Shown here: in pieces, positions 8,306 through 16,489 of the stretch
How positions within the stretch are numbered: position 1 is the first letter of the stretch
How the letters are laid out: every line of letters starts with the position of its first letter
DNA from: Octopus sinensis
Lineage: Eukaryota
Direction of reading: 5' to 3'
Length of the DNA stretch: 16,489 nucleotides
NCBI RefSeq assembly: GCF_006345805.1
Contig: NW_021825236.1
Location: 1 to 16,489 of the forward strand
Made by a program: the position numbers and the translations under genes
The notes under the pieces: generated by a model
The model's input: only the letters and a program-made list of their open reading frames with translations
Databases searched by the model: none
What the model was told of the DNA's origin: nothing

Positions 8306-8475
8306 TAGATCGAGTATAACCAGCCGAAACTGCAAAGATGATCTGGAACTCAACTGAGGAAAGAAACTCCGAATGAACTGTCCTTGTTTTTTCCTTGTCC
8401 CTTTTTTATCATCTACCTGTCTGGATGTCGTGTTGTCCCCTGTTGCGTTCTTGTCCCATCTTTTGTATTCTATTT
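8306..8475 (+). mobile_element. Short repeat island, possibly another Penelope-like terminal remnant
   Basis: Embedded between TA/CA microsatellites; CTGAGGA (8354-8360)...GAAT...GTC followed by a pyrimidine-rich tail like the other two islands. Confidence 0.35.
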
Positions 8476-8603
8476 ATACACACACGCACACACACACACA
8501 CATATACGTTCCTGTCATACACATATCTGCATAGTTACAAACTTAAACATCTACATACACACACATATATACGTATTTATATGTATGTGTACATATGTGT
8601 GAA

Positions 8604-8905
8604 GGCGTGCTGCTTGGAGTATTGAGTGTTGCGCTCACGACGGCTAGATCGTGGGTTCGGTTCTCAGACCAGACGGTGGGTTGTGTTTTTGATCAAAAAC
8701 ACTTCATTTCACCATTGCTCCAGTCCACTGGGCTGTAAATGGGTAACCTCTGCAACGGAGCAACCTTTCGATCACGGGGTAACGTTGGCCTTCTCTCGCA
8801 GCCAGCGAGCAGGTGACACATTTGGAAAAGCTAAAGCGTCTCGAAGCGCATTGTAATCAGTGATGTATAACAGCATCCGCTAGTCTGGTCGATAACGCGA
8901 TACCG
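8604..8905 (+). mobile_element. Diverged tRNA-derived SINE with CORE/Meta-like central domain (family D)
   Basis: tRNA-like head with B box GGTTCGGTTC (8654-8663), then GTGTTTTTGATCAAAAACACTTCATTTCACCATTGCTCCAGTCCACTGGGCTGTAAATGGGTAA, resembling conserved SINE-superfamily central domains. Confidence 0.7.
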
Positions 8906-8951
8906 TAACGTATACGTATACAGAGAAATAGACATTCATTTATACATTTAT

Positions 8952-9142
8952 TCATTTACTTGTTTCAGTCGTTTGACTGCGGCCATGCTGGATCACCGCC
9001 TATAGACGAACAAATCGACTCCAGGACTTATTCTTTGTAAGCCTTGCGCTTATTCTGTCCGTCTCTTCTGCCGAACCGCTAAGTTACGGGGTGTAAACAC
9101 ATCAGCATCGGTTGTCAAGCGATGGTGGGAGGTGGACAAGCA

Positions 9143-9179
<37 letters not shown>

Positions 9180-9340
9180 GTATATATACGACGGGCTTCT
9201 TTCAGTTTCCGTCTACCAAATCAACTCCGCAGGGCGTTGGTCGGCTCGACGCTATAGTAGAAGACTGCAGACGAACGTGCCACGCTGAGGAACTGAACCC
9301 GGAATCCTGTGGTTCGGAAGCAAGCTTCTTACCACGCAGC
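8952..9340 (-). mobile_element. SINE family A, near full length, minus strand
   Basis: Reverse complement of tail, body and head; the first ~12 nt of the head are lost into (CA)n. Confidence 0.9.
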
Positions 9341-9639
9341 GACACACACACACGCATAAATGCATAGGTACACAAGAACGTAAACAAATAAATATTTGTA
9401 TATATACATATACACACACAGACGCAGACAGACAGACATACATACATACAGACAGACAGACAAATAGACACACAGTCACACAGACACACATGTATATATA
9501 TATACACATTAGGTCGTGCATATAAACATGCACGAATAGCTGTATCTACACGTACGTGTTTCCATACATATTGAGATACGCCCACTCATGAATACGGTGA
9601 CACACATATCGAAGTTCACCTTTACACATTACGTAATAA

Positions 9640-9712
9640 TAGGCGCCACCTATGATCATAGGTTCGGTCCTTCAGTGCTAACCTAGGGTTAAATAGCACC
9701 GACGATAACAAC
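9640..9712 (+). mobile_element. Family C 3' tail fragment
   Basis: CCTATGATCATAGG...ACCTAGGGTTAAATAGCACCGACGATAACAAC resembles 7812-7870. Confidence 0.5.
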
Positions 9713-9919
9713 ACCGCAACACAATTTTATAGTGACACCACATATAAAGTCCCCGGATGCTCACCTACACGCATATGCACTTACACCCACATAGAGACTT
9801 TGCCGAGCGTATAGGCATACATATGTATATATATATGTGTATATATGTATATATATTTACGATTAGAAACACATGCTGATTCAAACACGCGTGTGTGCGC
9901 ACAAAACCCCTCACATGCG

Positions 9920-9929
9920 CTGGTGCATT

Positions 9930-9964
<35 letters not shown>

Positions 9965-10000
9965 TATATATACTATATATATATATATATACATACATAT

Positions 10001-10032
<32 letters not shown>

Positions 10033-10125
10033 ATATATACATACATAAAAACACTCACACATACACATATATATATATACGTATGTGCGCATATATGTTT
10101 ATATATATATATATACACACACACA
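9920..10125. repeat. Interrupted (TA)n/(CA)n microsatellite
   Basis: Direct reading. Confidence 0.92.
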
Positions 10126-10369
10126 TATGAGTGTGGGTGCGTGGAAAATGTGCACTCACACACAGACACACATATAGACATAATTGCGTATTCAGGCAGA
10201 TATATGTATACACGTACACGCTCATATACAAACAGAGATGTATATATACACACTTATACATACATAAACGTATTTCATACACATACATATATAGTAATAC
10301 ACACACACACACACATACATGCACAACCACATGCAAGCTTGAATATACATTTCCACATACATAGCTAAA

Positions 10370-10420
10370 TTCTGATTGATCGAGACACTTCCATTTGTGC
10401 CCACCCAACCTTGTCTATTC
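10370..10420 (-). repeat. 51-bp inverted copy of 12083-12133
   Basis: Reverse complement is identical to 12083-12133 except one base (12091). Confidence 0.95.
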
Positions 10421-10595
10421 ACATACGCATAATTACATATATATTCACATACGCATAATTACATATGTGTATACCCATACGCACGCACGCAGACATACAC
10501 ACGTACTTTCACAAGCACTCAGTTTTATGCGTACTCACACAAACGCATATTCACACGCATGCGTAAAGCTGCATAGACATATGCAAAATCTTCTA

Positions 10596-10799
10596 CGAGG
10601 TGGGGGTCTTGGAAAGTGCCTCATTTAAAGGGCATCGCGAACGCCCTTCAGAGTTCTTTTGCAGGGTTTAGAGAAACTGTAGACCTGCTACAATGCGTGC
10701 GTGAATCTGAGGGGGTGAATATGTTGAATAAATTCATAAATAAGGGATCCTCCTGTATTTCATTTTACCCAAAGCCAGGAACTTTACAGTGCCCCTTCG
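10596..10799 (+). mobile_element. Mariner internal-deletion derivative (MITE-like), copy 1
   Basis: TA|CGAGG...CCTTCG|TA ends with imperfect TIRs; interior encodes a broken GLEKL*..NACVNLRG(E)YVE* mariner C-terminus; homologous to 11038-11493. Confidence 0.8.
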
Positions 10800-11036
10800 T
10801 ATGTATGTATGTATGTATGTATGTATGTATGCATGCATGTATGTATGCATGCATACATACATACATGCATGTATGTATGCATGCATGTATGTATGTATGT
10901 ATGTATGTATGTATGAATATATGTATGTATGCATGTATGTATGTATGTATGCATGTATGCATGCACGTATGTATGTATGTATGTATGTATGTATGTATGT
11001 ATGTATGTATGTATGTATGTATGTATGTATGCATGT
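10800..11036. repeat. (TATG)n microsatellite with TGCA variants
   Basis: Direct reading; starts at the TA flanking the MITE. Confidence 0.95.
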
Positions 11037-11037
11037 A

Positions 11038-11493
11038 AAGGTGGTGCTTTAAGGGTATCACAATAGGCAAGGCGCCGAGCTGGCAGAATCGTTAGCACGC
11101 CGGGCGAAAAGCGTAGCCGTATTTCGTCTGCCGATACGTTCTGAGTTCAAATTCCGCCGAGGTCGACTTTGCCTTTCATCCTTTCGGGGTCGATTAAATT
11201 AAGTACCAGTTACGCACTGGGGTCGATATAATCAACTTAATCCGTTTGACTGTCCTTCTTTGTCTCCTCTGTGTTTGGCCCCTTGTGGGCAGTAAAGAAA
11301 TAGGTATCACAAAAGGCTGGCTGGAGGCCCAAACTTCCGAGTTCTTTTATAGGGCTTAGAAAAACCGAAGGACCGCTGCAATAAGTGTGTGAACCTAAGA
11401 TGGGGATATGTTGAATAAAATCATAATTAAGTGATCCCCACCCCTGTATATCCTTTTAACCAAAGCCAGGAAGTTTCCAGCATCGCCACCTCG
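11038..11493 (+). mobile_element. Mariner internal-deletion derivative, copy 2, split by a family B SINE
   Basis: 11353-11418 reads GLEKPKDRCNKCVNLRWGYVE*, matching the mariner transposase C-terminal pattern; right TIR CCAAAGCCAGGAAGTTTCCAGCATCGCCACCTCG; left TIR shortened. Confidence 0.82.
11071..11302 (+). mobile_element. SINE family B monomer with 10-bp TSD
   Basis: Well-preserved head and body; GGTATCACAA at 11054-11063 and 11303-11312. Confidence 0.93.
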
Positions 11494-11799
11494 TGTATAT
11501 ATACACATACATGCACACGTGTACCCAAGTTTACAATTACCCACCCACAAGGAACCTCATACATATTCATACAAATATAAATTTACATACACTTATCCAT
11601 ATATTCGCGCACATAAAGTCATTTGCATATATCTACATATGTTGGCAAACGCATTTTTACGTACGTTTACGAACACACGCACACACACACACACACAGAC
11701 ACTCACACGCATACACAAGCTTTCGTAGAGCAACATATATATATAGAAAAAGAGATGAGAGAACATCGTTGTCATGACAACATTATTATCACTTCTGTC

Positions 11800-11970
11800 A
11801 ATGAGAGAAACTACGACAACAATAGCAACAACGATAACAACAAGAATAACGGTAACAACAGCAGAATAAACGCCACCACCACCACCACCACCACCACTCT
11901 AACCGCCATCGCCACCACCACCACCAACACCAACAACAACAACAACTACAGCAGCAGCAGCAGCAACAAC
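11800..11970. repeat. (AAC)n/(ACC)n/(AGC)n compound trinucleotide repeat
   Basis: Direct reading. Confidence 0.9.
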
Positions 11971-11971
11971 T

Positions 11972-12150
11972 GGAAGCCACCGTGTGGAAGCTAGAGCTGC
12001 TCGAAATAGCAGTCAAAATCCTACGCGCAATCGGCGGTATAACAGCTTGTAAGAAGGACTTTGTGCATGATGCAGCTACGCAGAATAGACGAGGTTGGGT
12101 GGGCACAAATGGAAGTGTCTCGATCAATCAGAACCAGCCTTAGACTTCCA
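11972..12150 (+). mobile_element. Diverged family C copy
   Basis: GTGGAAGCTAGAGCTGCTCGAAATAGCAGTC is 25/31 identical to 7650-7680; contains the other arm of the 51-bp inverted repeat. Confidence 0.55.
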
Positions 12151-12683
12151 TAGCAACCAAAACACAATCACAAGTGCAACAGCAACAATAACAACAAAAA
12201 CAAAAACAAAAACAAATGCAGTTGTAGCAACATCAGCAATGAAGCGAGAACAGTTACTTGATGGCGTGACCTGTTAAATACAGCAGTTAAATGACACAAC
12301 AGCATCATTGATAATGAGCAAACGACAGAGCGAGTAGTATTCCTTCGGTATTGGTCTCCAGCGCGTCAATGTGAAGAGAAAACGTTATCCACCCTTTTTA
12401 TTTTCTACTAGCCTAGCCTTTTGATCTATGTCACGAGGAAAGGTCGTATGGGTGAATGACGTATGTACCAATACCGAAGGATTGCCCAGTGTGTATAGTT
12501 CAGTCTGGTTCGGTCTGGTAAATATATGAACCAAATTTCAATCAATATCATGTCGTATTCCAATAATGAAGTAAACATTCTCAACAACGCCTTCCGAGAT
12601 ACACAACTGAACGCGATGGCTATGGTTGGAGTGCCTTTGATTCTTTTGAAAAGGACATCTGATACACGTACACACGCGTACAG

Positions 12684-12994
12684 CACTAGTACTTATTCTA
12701 TCGGTATCTTTTGCCGAACCGCTAAGTTACAGGGACGTAAACACACCAGTATCGGTTGTCAAGTGATGTTGGGGGGACAAACACAGACACACAAAAATAT
12801 GCACACACATACATAGGTATATACATATATACGACGAGCTTCTTTGAGTTTCCGTCTACCAAATCCACTCGAAAGGCTTTGGTTGGCCCGAGGCTATAGT
12901 TGAAGACACTTGCCTAAGATGCCACGCAGTGGGACTGAACCCGGAACCATGTGGTTAGTGAGAAAGCCACTTACCACACAGCCACTCCTGCGCC
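12684..12994 (-). mobile_element. SINE family A, minus strand, lacking the 3' tail
   Basis: Ends CTTACCACACAGCCACTCCTGCGCC (reverse complement of the head); body colinear. Confidence 0.92.
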
Positions 12995-13035
12995 TATAAA
13001 GTGATGTTGCACGTATTTTGCATACATACACATAC

Positions 13036-13093
<58 letters not shown>

Positions 13094-13434
13094 TTGTGTG
13101 TGTATGTATGTATATATATACATGTATGTATGTATATACGTCTGAGGGCAAGTGTAATTTATATTCAGTGCTTACTGTCGAGTATGCAGCGTACGTAAGG
13201 TAATCGAATGAGAAGACACAGTTTTCGGTGGTGGAACGGAAACAAGAATTCTATTTGAGAATTCTCACAAGGAAAGAAAATTAGATGAAATCAATGGCGT
13301 TAATTATTTTGTTATTCTAATTACTTTATCGACCCACCAAACCCTAACTCAGCCACGTGAACGAAAAGAAACCTCAGGCAAAATGCCCATTATCAGTTTC
13401 ACCAATACGCCGTTCACTGAATAAAAATTATACC

Positions 13435-13825
13435 GATTCCAAATATTGGCACAAGGACAGCAAGTATGTGGGGTGGTGGCGAGAAGTCAATCACATCGAC
13501 TTCCAGTGCTTATTTTATTGAACCCGAAAGGATGGAAGGTAAAGTCGACCTCGGCGGAATTTGAACTCAGAACGTAAAGATAGATGAAATGCTTATTTCT
13601 TTACTACCCACGAGGGGCTAAACACAGAGAGGACAAACAAGGACAGAGAAAGGGATTAAGTCGATTACATCGACCTCAGTGCGTAACTGGTACTTAATGC
13701 ATCGACCCGGAAAGTATGAAAGCAATGTCTGCCACGGGTGAATTTGAACTCAGAACGTAAAAACAGGCGAAATACCGCTAAGCATTTCGCCCGGTGTACT
13801 ACCGTTTCTGCCATCTCACCGCCTT
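13435..13825 (-). mobile_element. SINE family B dimer, minus strand, with alternative tail on unit 2
   Basis: Unit 1 ends GTAGTAAAGAAATA (13594); unit 2 restarts AGCATTTC (13593) and ends ...GCTGTCCTTGTGCCAATATTTGGAATC. Confidence 0.88.
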
Positions 13826-13846
13826 ACTAATAGTAACTATATTATT

Positions 13847-13985
13847 AAGGCGGATGAGCTGATAAGACCGTTAGCATGCCGGACTAAATGCTTAGCGGCA
13901 TTTCTTCCGTTTTCACATACTGAAGTAGAATTCCAACGAGGTCGACCTTACTTTTCATTTCGGGTCGATAAAAACGAAATTACTG
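13847..13985 (+). mobile_element. Diverged SINE family B, 5' part
   Basis: AAGGCGGATGAGCTG..CCGTTAGCATGCCGGACTAAATGCTTAGCGGCATTTC..GAGGTCGAC..GGGTCGATAAAA. Confidence 0.8.
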
Positions 13986-14008
13986 GCCCTGTATCAAAAG
14001 ATGACCCA

Positions 14009-14407
14009 CTCTTTTACTTGTTTCAGTTATTTGACTGCGGCCATGTTGGAGCAACGCCTTTAGTCGAGGAAATCGATCCCAGGATTTATTCTTTGTAAGC
14101 CTAGTACTGAGTCAATAGGTCCATTTTGCTGAACAGCTAAGTTACGGGGATGTAAACACACCAGCATCGGTTGTCAAGTGATGTTGGGTTGGAGGTGGGA
14201 CAAACACAGACACGCAAACATATATATATATATATACATATGTACGACGGGCTTCTTTCAGTTTCCGTCTACCAAATCCACTCACAAGGATTTGGTCGGC
14301 TCGAGGCTACAGTAGAAGACACATGCCCAAGGTGCACCGCAGTGGGACTGAACCCAGAACCGTGTGGTTGGTAAGCAAGCTACTTACCACACAGCCACTC
14401 CTGCGCC
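14009..14407 (-). mobile_element. SINE family A, full length, minus strand
   Basis: Reverse complement of tail through head, ending CCACTCCTGCGCC. Confidence 0.93.
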
Positions 14408-14409
14408 TA

Positions 14410-14466
14410 TGATAGTAGTAGTAGTTGTTGTTGTTGTTGTAGCAGTAGTAGTAGTAGTAGTATTAT

Positions 14467-14505
<39 letters not shown>

Positions 14506-14530
14506 CAATAATAATGATAATAATAATAAC
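14410..14530. repeat. (TAG)n/(TTG)n/(TAA)n microsatellite
   Basis: Direct reading. Confidence 0.92.
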
Positions 14531-14698
14531 AAAGATGATCAAGTTTACGTGTCATCGTATGGAGATCGATAAACACGAATACCAGTTGAGCGCTCGCTTA
14601 TTCTGCTAGAATATCAGGCTTGGTACCTACGGTAGGAAGAATTATCTGGCCATTATTCTTTTTCTGAATGTAAGCCTTTCTTTGTCGTTAACAATGAA

Positions 14699-14751
14699 AT
14701 CATCATCATAATCATCATCATCATCATCATAATCATCATCATCATCATCAT

Positions 14752-14790
<39 letters not shown>

Positions 14791-14811
14791 AATCATCATC
14801 ATCATCATCAT

Positions 14812-14844
<33 letters not shown>

Positions 14845-14865
14845 AATCATCATCATCATCATCAT

Positions 14866-14900
<35 letters not shown>
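14699..14900. repeat. (ATC)n with periodic ATA interruptions
   Basis: Direct reading; run lengths 10,6,10,6,12,6,6,3 read from the poly-Met frame. Confidence 0.95.
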
Positions 14901-15000
14901 GTATTAGTAATAGTAGTAGTATTCAATTCGGTACAATGCAAGAGATTTTGAGGGATGGTGTTGATCGAATGTACTTTACATCATCGACCCCATAGGGAGG

Positions 15001-15096
15001 AAAAACAACAACAACAACAACAACATAATAATAGTAATAATAATAATAATATAATAATAATAATAATAATATAATAATATAATAATAATAATAATG

Positions 15097-15141
<45 letters not shown>

Positions 15142-15150
15142 GCAACAACA
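15001..15150. repeat. (AAC)n then (AAT)n microsatellite
   Basis: Direct reading. Confidence 0.93.
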
Positions 15151-15403
15151 AAACAACCATGGCAAAACTAAAATCCCGAAAAAAAAATCATTGCATATTT
15201 ATAAAAAAAATATAAAGAAAAAGGATAAAGATTTTTAAAAAATGCAATAAAGAAATAAATATAGGGAACCCTCGCCTCTCCCACTCCCCGGAACTAGCGA
15301 AAAACAAATAGATAAATAGATGAATAAATAAATACATAAATGGCTCCCACAAAAGGAAAGGAAGAGGATTACAGAAAAAAAAATAAGCAACAATAACAAA
15401 AAG

Positions 15404-15520
15404 GCAGCAACAAGAACAACAACAACAACAGCTATATCGACAGCGACGATGAAAGCGGCGGCGCTGGCGGTGGTGGCGGTGGTGGTGGTGGTGGTGGTGG
15501 TGGTGGCTGCAGCGGCGGCG
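15404..15520. repeat. (AAC)n and (GGC/GGT)n trinucleotide repeats
   Basis: Direct reading. Confidence 0.88.
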
Positions 15521-15659
15521 GGAAGACGAGCAACAGAATGAGTATGTAACAGAATTCAATAGAAATCCAAGAAGGAAAGAAGAAATAAATAAATAAATGA
15601 AAGGTAAAACAATAATCTCCTAGGATAAATAGTAAAAATAATGTAAAAGAAAGCAACAG

Positions 15660-16256
15660 TGTGTACTTTCACTTTCGTTTTGAGTGACGCCATTTTTCTA
15701 CTTTCTCTCGTTCTCTGTGTTTTTCCTCTCTACCTCACCTCTTACGCTGTGTCTCACTGTATTATGTTCCATATTTCTCTTCGACTGAATTTATTCCCCC
15801 CCCCCTCTCTCTCTATCTCATTCTTCTTTTGTATATGCCTGAATCTGTTCTTCTCTCTCAACCCCTCACACTTTCTAATGCTCTCCCTCTCACTCACTCT
15901 CCAAGTGTCTGAATCTCGTTCTCCTCACACTCTACTCACGCTATAACTCTGTCAGTAACTCTCTATTTCGCTCTCTTGTTCTATCTAACTCTCTGCCCCC
16001 CCCATCTCTCTCTCTTTTACAATACACTCCTCTAAATTCAACCCCCCTTCTCTCTCTCTCTCGCTCTTTCCCTCTCCGTATAATATATACAATACTCTCT
16101 GTCTTTCATTTCTGTCCCACTGTCTCTACCTCTCTATCATTCTATGCCTGCCTGTCTATCTCTCTCGGTATCTCTTCGTGGTATTTACTTCACATACAAA
16201 CACACGCACACAAAAACACGTATTCAAAATACATACACACAAATACGCAGGGTACA

Positions 16257-16295
<39 letters not shown>

Positions 16296-16489
16296 TTATC
16301 TATGTTCTCTGGTCTCTTCTGTTTTTCACTTACAACATACAATATACTTAAATATCACAGAGCTTTCCCGGACAAAATACGTATCCAATATGTATCTCTA
16401 TGAAACTGTTACACTTCCTCTCACTCACCTCTCTCCCTTTCTCTCTCTCTCTCTCTCCTCTCTATCTCCCTCTGTGTCTGGCTTTCACT
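15660..16489. repeat. Degenerate CT-rich and CA-rich low-complexity region
   Basis: CTCT runs, (CA)n at about 16258-16292, G-poor on + strand. Confidence 0.75.

Noticed and set aside
12526-12816. 96-aa ORF MNQISINIMSY... as an exon
   Set aside because: It runs through a family C-like fragment and into an antisense SINE A, with no recognisable motif.
14642-14941. Poly-Asp/Tyr acidic protein (biomineralisation-like)
   Set aside because: Fully explained by the (ATC)n array; no supported start context or splice structure.
14945-14995. Additional minus-strand family B fragment
   Set aside because: Only TCGACCCC and a few neighbouring bases match; too short to support.
15455-15520. G-quadruplex or poly-Gly/Pro coding segment
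   Set aside because: Ordinary (GGT/GGC)n microsatellite with only GG runs and no supported flanking exon.
108-15946. ORF-track entries of 60-237 aa as protein-coding genes
   Set aside because: Nearly all are translations of microsatellites (poly-YI, HT, CV, D, M) or recurring SINE frames (e.g. LDQSE, VEQIDP, NPEPCG), with no domain-like content except the transposase and RT remnants listed.

Overview
Eukaryotic, AT-rich, non-coding DNA (intronic or intergenic) saturated with microsatellites and transposon relics. The SINE families and simple-repeat load resemble a cephalopod (Octopus-type) genome; this is inferred from recognition, not from a search. No intact protein-coding gene is supported, and almost all ORF-track entries are translations of simple repeats. 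Supported content: a degenerate DD37D (maT, Tc1/mariner) transposase; a weak LINE RT remnant; at least four SINE-like families (A, B, C, D), with family B recurring as dimers; three TA-flanked mariner-type MITE/deletion derivatives, two carrying nested SINEs; and two or three Penelope-like remnants with minimal hammerhead-like motifs. The most interesting items are (1) a 5'-truncated, intron-containing tRNA-Ile(UAU) fused to a SINE/LINE-type 3' stem-loop and poly(A), (2) a 50/51-identical inverted duplication 1.66 kb apart, and (3) the hammerhead-like motifs.
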